DNA of 63,978 nucleotides, filler included, from Octopus bimaculoides (GCF_001194135.2; 7 parts of 6 records of this genome joined end to end with filler, not necessarily neighbours in it); one strand, 5' to 3'; positions 37,900 to 51,145 are shown, counted from the first letter of the whole stretch. Made by a program: numbers and translations. The notes: generated by a model not told the origin, from the sequence alone.

Positions 37900-39480
37900 T
37901 CACGAGCTTAAATGTGAAATAGAAGTCAAGTGCCAATGTGGTTCTCAGATTCAGGAATGTGGGAGTGCCATGACCTCAAGCGCAAGGGAAAGATCCCCAA
38001 AATGTTCAATGCCATTCCCTGCATATCTAGCTTTATATCAGAATGAGCTTCTCCTAGAGATATGCTTTAAGAAAAGCTGAGGGATGCCTCACTCCCAGTA
38101 TGCCTTCCAGCACGCCATACATATGCTTGTCAGTGTAGCTCTTTGTTCTCTCATCAAACCCGCTATCATACCTGGTCACAGAACATAGTAACCATAGAAA
38201 TAGTTTCTGAAGTATCACCCATCTTTTCTTTGTCGGTGACCTGAAATTCTATGGACCCAATATCAACCATATAAAAAAAAAAACAACTGGACTTTATTAC
38301 CACTAACGTAGCTGGGGTGGGGGCGTGGGGCTTAGGGGCGGCACTTTTGGGTTTGATGTAAGCTATATGTGGTTTTTGTGGGGTCCGGGGTGGCAAACGG
38401 AAGGGCTCGACCGGGTGGCACACACTCTAGCTACGCTAGTGTTTATTACCCAATTTTCTTCAGACATCGGAATGAAATGAATCCAAAAGTGCATTTTTTA
38501 AGATAAAACGTAGAAAAGTTGTACCTTCCACTGAAAAACTAAAAATGAACGACTTGACTATACAGCCTCTACACTCAGATGACAATTATAGGTATCTTGT
38601 ACAAGATGAGTATGCCAGCTATGATGGACCTATAAATAAGGAGAGGACCAGGAATGAATACCTCAGGAAAGTAAAGAGAATCTGGTCAGCAGAACTTTCA
38701 GCTTACAACAAGCATATTTCCCACTACACCTTTGCAATATATTTCCTCACGCCTACGTTTGGCTTTCGGAACTGGTCACTTCAAGAGCTCAGTGAGATAG
38801 ATGTTCAAGCATGCAAGCTGCTCAGTGTTACAGGAAGCTTTAATATCAATGGAGATGTAGACAGTGGTCATGATTTCATATTTGTATTGATATCATGTGA
38901 AGCACGTACTGTGACACTGAAGCATCTGCAGCAGAGGAAAGAGACCAGCAACTATCTTGTCCATGAAATCAGTAACATAATTAGGATGGCTAATGAACTT
39001 GAGGAGAGACATGAAATAAAAGCTCGTACAGATCTCTCTCCTAGGAGAATTGGTAAAACCTATTTATTAGAACTATATTAAAAATGGACCAGTTCGCTGA
39101 GAAAATAGTACTTGGGTACTTGGCACGAAAAACACAAACCATACAAGGGATTGATCATGTCAAAAAGATAGAAATGGAGTGCCGACAAGTTTATGACATC
39201 CCATTTCGAAGATTACCTTCATGCAATTCAAAATCAAGTGATCCTCAACAAGTACCTATAGCATAAAAGGTAGAAAACATTGAGAGATAACAAACAATTG
39301 TAAGCTGTGCAAGATCAAAGCTGAAGATAACAATCTCATTATTGCCTATTGTGAGAGAATGTCTTCCAGATATTATCTTCTCATAAGGCATTATGCAGTG
39401 GCCAGAACGACGTGGAAGAGGATAAAGAAAACAGAAAGCACCTACAGACGAAGGTGACTACATTGAGACTGATGGGTCAA
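37900..39480 (+). mobile_element. R4-like RLE LINE (second subfamily), degenerate RT to CCHC region
   Basis: LFVLSSNPLSYL, ITHLFFVGDLKFY, YRYL(V)QDE, EYLRKVKRIWSAELSAYNK, DYLHAIQNQ, CKLC and YYLLIRHY-type motifs. Confidence 0.82.
38301..38441. mobile_element. 141-bp hAT MITE nested in the LINE RT
   Basis: 15-bp TIR CACTA(A/G)CGTAGCT(G/A)G and perfect 8-bp TSD TTTATTAC (38293-38300, 38442-38449). Confidence 0.95.
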
Positions 39481-39611
39481 AAGAATATTGGTAGAACTAA
39501 AAAATTAAAACAGCCATCAAGTTTAAGCGCAACTGGCCAGATATTGTTGTGTTTGAACCATAAAGAAAAGATATGTTCTGTTGTAGAAATCAGCTGCCTT
39601 CTGAACACCAA

Positions 39612-39762
39612 CAGGTGCGGTCCCAGGAATTTTTCGACGGGAGGGCACAAGGTCAAAAGGGAATACAATTCCAGGAAAAAGGGCGTAATAACATTATTTA
39701 GAAGGGCGCACTTCTTTTCTTGGTAGGTGGGGGCACGTGCTCTCCCCCTGGGTCCGACCCTG
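39612..39762. mobile_element. ~150-bp GC-rich hAT-like MITE
   Basis: TIR CAGGTGCGGTCCCAGG vs reverse complement CAGGGTCGGACCCAGG (13/16); no matching 8-bp TSD. Confidence 0.7.
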
Positions 39763-39799
39763 ACTAATATGGTTCGAAAAATACAAGAGAAAGAGGACA

Positions 39800-42200
39800 T
39801 CTATGGGCCATTGATATAGAGTCTACAAATCCAGTACCCATATTACTCACTCAGCTTCAAACCTATTATTTTTGAAGCAACAGGATAGACATCAACCCGT
39901 CTGCAGCAAAGTATGGCTGAACTTGTGTTCTTGGGGAGAGAACGCAAATCCTTATTTCATACACTACAAATGATCTCGATATCTGGGGTAAAAGTCTGCA
40001 AGATTTTCTTAAGATTTAGTAGAGGATTGGTGTAAGGCAGAAGGCATATACCTGCCGAAGGAGATCAAATCAAGAAACTATAAAACAGTTTAGACTGCTA
40101 TCCTTATTGAATGTGGAAGGCAAGATATTTCTGGGAATTCCAGACAAAGTAACCAAATTAATGAGGATATATTATGACAGTTTCGAGAGGAGATTTACAC
40201 CTGGAGATTTTCAACAGATTGGCATTGCTGCTGGCTGCACAATATCTGTCACGTGGTTTATCTTAGTCAAGGAGATGATTTTGAAAGCCGTGGATTTTTC
40301 GGAACAAATCGCCCATGAAAGCCTTTATGGATGACGTGACACTGCTATCAACAGACAAGCAAATCATGCAGAGTACCCCCTTGAGATTAGACGAGCTTGT
40401 GTGGTGGACAAGGATGTAGTCTGACATTTGTTAAGGGAGTGCACAAAGAAGTTAAGTTTCGAATAGCTGAAGAAAGCATTCCAACAGTTAAAGAAGAACC
40501 CATCAAGAGCTTGGGGCGAGTATATACTGGAACATTGCCGAATAGGAGTTGCGGGACGGAAATTATGAAACAAGCCGAGGCTGGATTACCAGCGATTGAT
40601 AACCAGGTAAATATATAATTTGGTGCTTACAGTTCGGCTTGTATCCGCGACTTTCGTGGCTACTTTTAATATACGAGGTAGCATTGTCACGAGTTCAAAT
40701 CATTGAACAAAAATGTAATGTGTTCATAAGAAAGTGATTAGGCCTACCTCGGATATTGAACAGTTCAGCTCTTTATCGTAAAAGAGGCTCGTTGCAGTTA
40801 CCACTGGTGTTGATAGTCGAAATTTATAAACTGGAGAAGCTACGAACGGTGATGTTGCTGAGAGAATCGAAGGGCATGGAAATCGGGTATAATCCACCAG
40901 ATGTGAAAACAGTCAGGAAGTGAAAAGCAGAAGCAGAGACTGATGACATTTTGTCTTCTCTTACATACCGAGACATGGTGGGTGCAACGCAAATTTATCG
41001 GAAGGGACTTGGTTTTGGCGCAGATCAGTTCAGACAGTTTGCGAGTATGATGCGGAGTGAACGCAGATCTGTTGTTAGAAACTGCGTCAAAACGAGGGAA
41101 GCAGAGAGAATACAGCTTATTTGATCCGATGCATTCAACAAGGATAGATGAGATGGGAGGAACATGTTGTTGAGATGGAAATAAGTTGGGATTAGATATA
41201 GAGGTGGACCACATCTCGGCTAAGTTTTCTCATTCGTTCATCCTATGATATTTTGCCATCACCTGCAAATCTAGTAAGATGGAACGTCTCAGAGAATAAT
41301 ATATGCAAATGTGGAAAGGTTGGAACACTGAAACATATTCTTTCCAACTGTTCACTAGCATTGAATAGGTATACATGGAGATACAACCTGGTCCTTAAGG
41401 TTATCTTCAATACTATAAAGAACCAAATTGATCTCAACAACAGTGAAAAAAAAAACGTTGAAAATACCAACTAGAAATTTCATTACTTTCATGCGCTCAG
41501 GACAGCGGAGCCGTTTTAAGAAGAACAAGAAAAACTTCCTGTGAGCGATGAAAAGTGGAACGGCTATTGGGAAGTGACTGCAGATTTACTAGGGTNNNNN
41601 NNNNNNNNNNNNNNNNNNNNNNNNNNNNNNNNNNNNNNNNNNNNNNNNNNNNNNNNNNNNNNNNNNNNNNNNNNNNNNNNNNNNNNNNNNNNNNNNNNNN
41701 NNNNNNNNNNNNNNNNNNNNNNNNNNNNNNNNNNNNNNNNNNNNNNNNNNNNNNNNNNNNNNNNNNNNNNNNNNNNNNNNNNNNNNNNNNNNNNNNNGTT
41801 TGTTGGACACAGTGTGAGACGACTGTTGTTAGGCCTAACTCATCGTAAAGTAAATACTACCATAACCGATATCCAAACTACAGTGGAAAAGGCTAGCCGC
41901 TGGATTTGATTAAAAAGAGACGCTGAGCGATGGCTAGGAAATATTGAGCTTTATTTGATAATCAGTTGATTTAGCAAGCGGGACCTCATATCAGTGAGGA
42001 GGGCTGGTGCGTATTGATGCCGACGAGAAGTAGGCCCCGAAACGGCGCACATTCTCTCCTGATGACCCCATACACTTGCTGGCTTCCGGTATGCGGAGCT
42101 CTCGACTGGTAGCACTTGCATGTGCAAGTTGTTTGCAAAACATATAAAAAATGAACAAAACAAGATTCTTTTCTTCACAACATTGTTATCAAGCAGGTGA
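39800..42200 (+). mobile_element. HERO-like RLE non-LTR retrotransposon, degenerate
   Basis: KAEGIYLPKE, LLNVEGKIF, GIAAGCTISV, KAFMDDVTLL, EEPIKSLGR, SFLIRSSYDILPSPANL, CKCGKVGTLKHILSNC...RYTWRYNLVL; RLE partly in a gap; C-terminus VEKASRWI, then a GC-richer 3' UTR. Confidence 0.85.
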
Positions 42201-42289
42201 ACGGTCAATATTAATTCTGAATTATAAAGTGAAAGAGAACGAACATACATACATACATACATACATACATACATACATACATACAGGAG

Positions 42290-42945
42290 CTTGAGATCAG
42301 TGCAGACAGCTATAGTCTAGCTCGGGCAGCAAATGCTAAATAACATTAACAAAAATACATTAACTTAGTGCTGAAAATTAAAGTGAACAACACCTTGTGT
42401 CAACAGAGCTCCTCAGGAAGCACTCTCATCCAGATAACCTCCCATATAATCCCAAAACAACCGGACTAACATACGCCAAAGAAGATAGCAATATCGACAT
42501 GAAGCACATCCCTTTTCGACTTGTGAATGCTACATTACATTATACTTCGAAGCTATGCATTTGCAATGCAACAACCGGAGATTGGTACGAAATACCTAAT
42601 ACACAAAAGAGACAGTGAAGCCCTTGGAGCTCTCCAAAAATGCAACCGAAAATGTTGATTATATTTCTGTGGAAGGCATCACACAAGTTTAATAGTAGCT
42701 GTTCAAAAATGTCATCAAAGTACTACCTCCCTATGCGACACAACGTTGTCGCAAAAACAATATACAATACCATTCGAAAAAAGACTGTCCGGGAATAAAT
42801 TTAGAGAATCTCGCTGTTATTGAATGCAGACGCAAACATAACACAAAGAATACTGGTTGAACATTACCATCAAAACATCTGTCAAGTGTAAACATAATAG
42901 GCCGGGATAGACAAGTATATACCGTTATAGAGGTCAACTGTCCTG
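42290..42945 (+). mobile_element. R4-like RLE LINE 3' fragment (same subfamily as 37900-39480)
   Basis: FAMQQPEIGTKYLIHKR, MSSKYYLPMRHNVVAKTIY, HNRP...VIEVNCPVD. Confidence 0.8.
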
Positions 42946-45225
42946 TTGATGTATCTGCTGATTATCCCGTGGAAGGCGGATGTGGTGAGCAGAGTGCTAC
43001 CTCTAATGGCAGTGGTGCAGCCAACAAAGGATACAGTCAGACCGGTACTGGTCTTTCGAGAGATGAATGGCCATGTATCGTGTGACACAGGTGGAGAGAC
43101 GACCGACGTCTGCGATGAGATGCTGTGCGTATGGAGACAATCAACTAAGGCAGCGATGATCCTCGACTTGAAGTCTGCATATATGCAGCTCCATGTGAGC
43201 GACAAATTGGTGCCAGTACCAGCTGGTGCGATACAAGGACCGGACATTGTTTGACAAGGTTGGGTTTTGGGCTGAATTCTGCGCCGAAGATCATGGCAAC
43301 AGTACTCAAAGCCATCCTGGGAAAGGTGGATAGGATAAGAAGGGCTACCAATTCCTATATAGATGACACCTTAGTGGACGAGACTGTAGTGCCTTCTAAC
43401 AGAGGTTGTGAGACATTTGAAGGAATTCGGGCAGATTCCGAAGCCACCGAAGCCAATGGCTGGAGGAGCTGCACTGGGGCTTAAGCTTCAGAGAGACAGA
43501 ACTGGCGTGTTGGTGTTTCGTAGGGGGAAATGAGATCCCAGAGCTGTATAGCAACGTCAGCAGGAGAGAACTCTTCTCGATGTGCGGGAAATTAGTAGGT
43601 CACTACCCGATCGCGGGATGGCTGCGTACGGCATGCAATTACACCAAGTGACGAGCAGAAGGGGAGAATTGGGGTTACAAGGTGGGAGAGGGAACGGTAG
43701 CGATGATGCGGGAAATCCTAGAGAGGACAAGAGCGGAAAACCCAGTCAGAGGGAACTGGCATGTGCCCAAATTGAATAACGGGACCGTATGGTGTGATGC
43801 TAACAGCATCGCAATAGGGGTTGTGTTGGAAATCGGAGGTGCTGAGGTGGAAGATGCAGCCTAGCTTCGAAAAGCAAACGACTACAACCACATCAATATT
43901 ACTGATTTGGACGCAGTGCTGAAGGGAGTGAATTTGCGCTCCATCGAAATCCGGAAAGATTTGGCTACCTTGCTTGGCTGGGTAGGATCGGTAATCACCG
44001 ACGAGAAGAGGGTGCGAACCAAAGGGGCTGCGGAAATGTTAGTGAAGCGCTACCTAAGCGTTCTAGGAGAGCTGATTGGCGAGTTCGGCCTGAAGCTGAA
44101 CGTGGTCTTTTTGCCTTCAGAGAGAAACAAGGCAGACGTTCTAACCAGAGTTAAAAAGGCCTGGTTAGGGGAACCGAAAGAATCGAAGCAAGGGGTAGCT
44201 GCAGTGTGTTGGTTAAATGACCCCGAGCTAAGGAGACTGCATGCCGTGCATCATATGGGCGTGGATAGGACCCTGTATCTTGCCAGGAGGATTGACACCG
44301 ACGTTACCAGACGGAACATTCAAAAGGTGGTCAGAACTGCGACAGGTGTCAACCCATCGACCATACTCCGGGTATGCATGAATAGAGAAATATTTCCGTA
44401 GAGCACAACTGGAGACGACTAGCAGTGGATGTAACACACTACCAGCAGGGTACGTATTTATCGATGGTCGACTGTGGGACGGGTCGGATGGTTATTTGGA
44501 GGGCAGGCACTGCGGACGAGATGGCACGTATTCTAAATGAGGCATTCTTAGAGCAGGGCCAAGTGGACGAATTGCTGATGAATAACAGCACGGCGTTTCG
44601 TTCGGAGGCACCGAAGGAGATGCTTGATAGGTGGAAAGTGCACCGCTTTTTCAGGGTGGCAGACAGGCCGAGTGGAAATGGGATCGTAGAGAGACATCAT
44701 CGAACGATCAAGGCCATAGCGGAGAGGGGACTGTCTCGCCGCTGGAAGCAGTTTTCTGGTACATGTCACCCCTATCAGGACAGGCCGAAGAGTCCGTGCC
44801 ACATAGAGCGATATTCAAATATGAATGGCGGCATCCGAGTAAGCCATAGAGATGCTCTGTAGAAGAGAGAGGGCCCGTCTTCGTGGAGGTGCGAGATGAA
44901 GTCTGGGTCAAGCCATCAAAGGCACGCTGCACAACTCAGTAGAACAGAGGAATAGTGACGACTGTCAATTCTAAAAACATTTCTGTGGATGGAATGCCGC
45001 GTCATGTCTTAGATGTTGGTAGGGTTGTCGCTTCGTCGGATGATGATTGTGGAGAGGAGGAAGAGAATGAAGTTCCCAGCTTAATAAGAACACAATGTGC
45101 AAGGCGCCCACCCGGATGGGTGGTAAATTTCGACGTGGAGTGAAGTGAGGACGTGATATTTGAGATCAAGGGTGCGCGTGGGGATGAGCCTGAAGAAGAG
45201 AGTCATGACATCAATGGTCAAAGGA
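42946..45225 (+). mobile_element. Ty3/Gypsy LTR retrotransposon pol remnant (RT-RNase H-integrase) plus start of 3' LTR
   Basis: VLPLMAVVQ, LDLKSAYMQ, RLGFGLNSAPKIM, SYIDD, VWCDANSIAIGVVL, HHMGVDRT, DVTHY...SMVDC, PSGNGIVERHHRTIK. Purine-rich stretch then TG at ~45179. Confidence 0.92.
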
Positions 45226-45230
45226 CGATT

Positions 45231-45586
45231 TTATTATAAATGCAAAACAACACCACACACTCGCCTCCCGAGTTTCGTTTTCCATACAGTATGTGCGATT
45301 CTTTGTTTACTCATCTACGGTACACTGCGTATTTTCTTTTAATATATTTTAATGTTATACAGTGCAGTACTGTATTGTTATTTATTAATTTATCCATTTT
45401 TAGGCGTGAAAATGCTTATTTTACCACAGAAATAATTAAGATCTAAAAAATATAAATAGCTATTGGCCGCAGAAACCCGTGATAATAGTGAGGAGTCTGC
45501 GATATAAATTTACATATACTAGCCTGAAAAATCCGCGATGTAGTGAGGGCGCGATAGGTGACTCACGACATGGTGAGTGATTATTG
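45231..45586. mobile_element. Tigger/pogo-type MITE lacking its left end
   Basis: Homologous to ~1533-1887; right TIR followed by TA at 45587-45588. Confidence 0.88.
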
Positions 45587-45589
45587 TAT

Positions 45590-45628
<39 letters not shown>

Positions 45629-46629
45629 ATATATATATATATATATAGTTATCGCCAAGCCAACATGGCAGTCCCAAAATTAGGACGAAAGCTGCCGTGA
45701 ATTAGCTCCAAGAAGCCATCGCCTCTAGCTAGCTATGTGACACACGAAACCTGTGTCCTTTATAACCTTCGAACAGGGGAGGTCAGCAGTGTCCCCCTGC
45801 TGGTTTGGCATCTGCAGACTAGACTAGTTTCAGGGTGTTGCCCCTTGTCAATGCAGAGTAGCCAAATAGTAAATGAGTATATGCATATATACGTACAGGT
45901 ATGTGCATACCGACATCCACCTGTATGTATAGGTGCATATCTGGGTACAGGACATTGCAAACAAAACAGTGACGAGAAAACACNNNNNNNNNNNNNNNNN
46001 NNNNNNNNNNNNNNNNNNNNNNNNNNNTTAATTAATTAANNNNNNNNNNNNNNNNNNNNNNNNNNNNNNNNNNNNNNNNNNNNTATATATATATATATGC
46101 ATGTATGTGTGTATGTATGTATGTATGTATGTATGTATGTATATACTCATTCATCTTGTAGTCTTCAAAGATAATCCAGGGAAAGAAGCTTACATTCACT
46201 CTTCATTTTAAACGCCCACAAAAATCCTCTAACGAACTCGATATCTTCAAAGTCAAATTTCAAAACTTGAAGCCTGCAAAGATAGATATATTGCCGGATT
46301 GTGAACCAGATCTTGTACACAACAGTTACAGAGATGGAACATTTTGATTGTGATATAGATAATCGGATAGTAAAATGTTTAATTATAAATATGATCTTCA
46401 GAACTATATTCGAGCACCAATTGATGAGAAACTTATCTACGAAACAACCTGACGCCTGAAGACTAGACTACAAACTCCCAAAGTAATACACTAGAGCAGG
46501 ATCACAGAGGGAAACCCGAAACAGAATTTGAACTCGTCAAAATATCTGCAAAGACTGACAAAACTAGTATATTCTACAGTACAGGGACTATAGTTAGAAT
46601 CACTGAAGATTGGTTCCACAAAGTTACAC

Positions 46630-46810
46630 TACAGACATGGTTGCGTGTTAAGAAGCTTGCTTCCCAACCACATGGCTCTGGGTTCTGTCCCACTGTTTGA
46701 CAACTTGGGCAAGTGTCGCCACGTATATAGCGCCTTCTACAACCTACTATAATCCTGACCAAAATTTTGTGAGTGGATTTGGTGGACGGAAACTGAAAGA
46801 AACCCGTCAT
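46630..46810 (+). mobile_element. SINE family B
   Basis: Homology to other copies. Confidence 0.8.
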
Positions 46811-46834
46811 ATATGTATATATCTATGTGTGTGT

Positions 46835-47045
46835 GTTTGTGTCTGTGTTTGTCCCTCACCACCGCTTGACAATCATTATTGGAGTGTTTACGTCTCCGTA
46901 ACTTAGCAGTTCAGCAAAAGAGATCAATGGAATAAGTGTCAGGCTTTAAAAAGTACTGAGGTCGATGCATTCGACTAAAAAATTTTCAAGGTAGTGCCCC
47001 AGCATGGCCGGAGTCTAGTGACTGAAATAAGTAAAAGATAAAGAT
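46835..47045 (-). mobile_element. SINE family C
   Basis: Homology to other copies; tail-to-tail with the family B copy. Confidence 0.8.
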
Positions 47046-48057
47046 GAAAGATAAAAGATACAAATAACATATACGAGGAGTCCTTTATGGGGTTGTCTGA
47101 CCTGCTAGAAATAGTTTCTAAATTGCCTCAACTTAATCCCTAGTGTCTTGAAAAGAAGACTGACGTTGTATACTATAGATGTAAAGTGACAATAAGGCAA
47201 ATTGGTCTGGCTGACCATACTTATGGTAAAAGGCCATAAATATGATCAATAAAAACCAATCTCGAAAATAAACAGCAACAAGAACTTCGTAGCAACCAAA
47301 AATCCATAAAACTACAATTACTGGCAATCCGTATATTAAGACGACAAGTATCTCAGTTGATCCGATTAACGAAAGAGCCTGCTCCTGAAATTATCATGCA
47401 AGTGGCTGAGCACTCCAGAGATACGCGTAACCTTAACGTAGTTCTCAGGGAGATTCAGCGTGATACAGAATATGACAAGGCTGGCCATTTGAAATACAGG
47501 TGCTACTCATTTGTGTCAACTGAATGGATTGAAGCAAAGTGAAATAAAGTGCCTTGCTTAAGGACAAAACGCACCGCCGGGAATTGAGCTGATGACCTTA
47601 CGATCGTGTGCCGAATACTCTAACCACTAGGTCATGCACCTCAAAATTACAATATTACAATACTTATTGACTCATATCTCTTGACTATTGACTTCCATCA
47701 ACGTATACGAATTTCAAATATTACCATAAAGACATTCCAATTCTCAAGATGGCTGAATGATTGTGGTATCAATCGGTCAACCGAAAGCTCTGCGGTTCAT
47801 ATCGTGACCAATTATTGCAGTGTGTCTGTAGTAAAGACATTAATTTCGTGAGGTTCAGACGAATAAGGTAAATGCTAACTTCAATTGTTGTCAGTAGTGG
47901 CAGCACGTGTAGCTGACGAGAGTTTCGCTGCTCCATATTACCATGTGACAATCCATCTTTGTGTTATTTGAGTATAGCCTCAAGAAGAGTAGGTTCCGAC
48001 TAGTAACTCACGCCAACAAAGTTACCGGAGGTTTAATAGTTAATCTTTTGTCTTCAG

Positions 48058-48232
48058 ATGTGGTTCTGTAGATGCACCTGGTCGTGAGGTTTACATTAAT
48101 GATGATCTACCTCATGTTAAAGTGGATCATCATCAACAACAATATCTACAAATACAGCCTTCAAATACATCAGTCCAGAATGAGGTCCCTACGGGAATAG
48201 ACCTGTTAGAAATATTAGTCTTATGTAACTAA
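48058..48232 (+). CDS. Candidate host exon (CGSVDAPGREVYINDDLPHVKVDHHQQQYLQIQPSNTSVQNE...), unidentified
   Basis: Acceptor TTTTGTCTTCAG at 48046-48057. Only one frame is open (57 codons to TAA at 48230). Non-repetitive composition; no strong donor seen. Confidence 0.3.
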
Positions 48233-50094
48233 AATCATACCCAACCTGGTTATATTTCACTTTAATTTTATTACCAGTCAGCTAGATAATTAATCTATTG
48301 ATCTGATGGTTGATCGATTAACCTGTCAAAGTCCTTCTTCAAAGCTTTTGATCTTATCAATGACTGCGGCTCTCAATCATCTCTTTCTTCTCGGCACTTA
48401 TTGCTTAATTACTGTTCATCAGTGATAAAGTCACAGGCTGTGATTGACTAATCGATTAAACAATTAATCAACTGATTAATTATCTAATTGATTGGTCATA
48501 AACCCGAAGTGAAACATAGCCAGTGCATGTGGTTTAAATGGCAGTATTACCCTCCCAAATTACAACAATATCAGTTTTAGCACATGATTGACGCCAACAA
48601 TCTTGCAAAACAATACAAAAACGAATCACTTCAGTTTTTAAGAATAATGAGGACACATTGTATAATAAAGTCTTAGGTACACTATACTGATCGGGTGCAG
48701 CTGGATGGGCTGAACTGGGGACAGGGCTAAGTTGAGAACTAAGCAACAACTCATAAATATACGCCGAAAAGTTCCAACATTTACAAAGAAGGTCTGCGAG
48801 GATGAACCAAGTATTTCAAAAAGGAAGTTCACATTCACTTTGTCACTAATCAAATTAAGCATGAGTCACGTGAAAGACAGCGATTCATTCTCTTTCCCAG
48901 AGGGCGTTAGACTGAAGTATACTGACACACAGCACTTGATAATATTTTTTATTCAGACATTAATACACGTGCTAAACACGAAACAAGTCGAAAATAAAAG
49001 AGAAGAATCTTTTGAAACTTCAAACAACTGTGATTTATTTTTAACTTTTTACACAAAAAATATAATTGCAATTATTATGTCTGAAAGCGAAGCTAAGCTA
49101 AACTTAGGTTTTTTTCACATGGCATTTTCATTCTGACAAAAAAAAAAAACAAAAAAAAAAACAAAACAAAAAAACAAGGAGCCATGGCGCAAAATATTTA
49201 AATACAAACGTAGCTTTATATATGTGTATATGTGCAATGTGAGGGCGCATGGCCTATGGTTAAAGTTTTGCACTCACAATCACGAAATCGTGGTTTCCAT
49301 TCCTGGACCAAGTGATGTGTTGTGCTCTGCGATCACTTCCACACCTGATGTTTAGTACACTGTACACCTGTTCAGTCGATTTAATGGAATGGGTAAGCTG
49401 ATGTACTGCACAAACATTTGATAAATGCAAAATCATCACTTGTGCTGGTTATTCAGCAAGAAATTGCGAAACCATCTTTCTTGGACTACGAGATACCACC
49501 ACCACTACAATAGAAGTGAAAGTGAGACTATATGAGTGTGTGCGTGCACGTACGTGCGTGTGTATATGCGATTGGTTATGTGATTGGGTACGTAGGTGTA
49601 TGTATTATCAGTTCAACTGATCGTAGAAAATGTGAACATATTTATACGAACATAGCTACAATTTTGTCCAATGTGGTACGGAGACTTAAAGAGAGGAGCG
49701 TGGAGAACCCCGAAATAAACTGGAGTATTATAGCCAAGTACAGTAAGTATAAGAGACGAGGTAGCAAAGACAACTTCTGTATCAAAGAGAAGCTAAATAT
49801 CCTAAATTCAACAGCCATCATTTTAAAAGTCCGCGGAGAAATTGGGATTTTAAGCATTACTGCACTTCAATTATTTACCTATCCAACTGGATAACTAATC
49901 TATATTCCTTACACTCTCTCACTATTTTCCCCGAGCCCATGACCACTCAATACCAAGAGCCCCAGGTACTAACGCAAAAATTCAAAACTGTACCCATTTT
50001 CGCGTATAAAGAGGCATATTTTCAATATAAGTTGCATGCTTACATATTTGCTACACAATTACCTGCAGCATAAGTTGCTGTCAACACAACAGAA

Positions 50095-50470
50095 TATTTA
50101 TTGGAGAGTATTCTAGTTCGCTTGAAGCATTGTGTATTATTTGTAAAGAATAAAAAGTTTTGAATGGTACAACAATGCACTATGATTCAAAAAATGGGAC
50201 TATATACTTGTAATTTAGTTATCTATAGTCCGATGATATTTCGGAATACAATTCCTTCTTCAGATATTCTTAGATGGAGTCTCTGCTATAAACTGTTTCC
50301 CAACGGCTTTTCTTTTATTCGGAAGCGTCTCAGCGGTGGTTTCACGAAGCTCCTTCCGGAATTCCTCATGAGAAGTGCGTGAGGTCGGCTATGTTTCAAT
50401 CTCGTGTGTGTTGGTACATCTGTAGCGCTTCTTTTAAGAATATTTATTGATATATCATCACTTTCAAGGT
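50095..50470 (-). mobile_element. Solo Penelope pseudo-LTR
   Basis: Homologous to 59672-60000 and to the reverse complement of 61266-61466. Confidence 0.85.
50225..50277 (-). ncRNA. Minimal hammerhead ribozyme (Penelope type), core intact
   Basis: Minus strand reads CUGAAGA-A-GGAAU-ugu-AUUCC-GAAA-UAUC. Confidence 0.65.
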
Positions 50471-51083
50471 CATTACTAAAGTAAGAGATGCAGCAACTGC
50501 CCAAATCCACGGACACTAACATTCCTTTGTATGTATTCTGTATACGAATAAGCATATCCTAGTTATAAGAAGAAGAAATTTTGCTTGCAAAGAAAAATCG
50601 CTATAGAAAAAGATTAAATTTCAAACGATGCTATATGCAAAAGTATATAATAGATGCAGTTAAAATAAAAAGGTACTTGGAGATAATGTGAACCTGTATA
50701 TTGAAATGAATAGTATCCATCAAATAGCCTATCTCCAGACATAATGTGTTTTGATAATTAAGCTCATAGGTGTCTATGACGAATTAATGTCTTCGTCAGT
50801 GAGAGATGCCTGAGGAAATTTGCAAATTGTGTGAAGCTATTTAAATATGCTTTAGTACTAAGAATAAAGCGGCTTATGAACAAACATTCATCTCAAAGAG
50901 AAGCTGTGTTGTCGAGATACAACAGCAACTAGCATATTCCCGTTCGAATCTGTCGGAACGAATTCAGAATAAATATGTAAGCCACTGTTTTGATTCTCGC
51001 TGGTCATCGTACACATCACGTTTTACTTAAGAAGGATGATTATAGAAAAATACTGATAAGATCCACTTGCTACGACAAAATTA

Positions 51084-51145
<62 letters not shown>

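Noticed and set aside
38545-39081. 178-aa ORF as a host gene
   Set aside because: It is the post-RT portion of the R4-like LINE.
42030-42075. Hammerhead in the HERO 3' UTR (CGAAAC ... CTGATGA)
   Set aside because: Bases flanking the two core segments (C and C) cannot close stem II, and no consistent stems I/III were found.
45661-45700. GTCC-N8-GGAC-GAAA resembling hammerhead stem II
   Set aside because: Upstream sequence is CATGGCA, not CUGANGA; it folds as a plain hairpin in a repeat.
47550-49320. tRNA genes at ~47550-47640 (-) and ~49240-49320 (+)
   Set aside because: A/B-box-like heads run into SINE body sequence and lack a full cloverleaf; these are tRNA-derived SINE heads.
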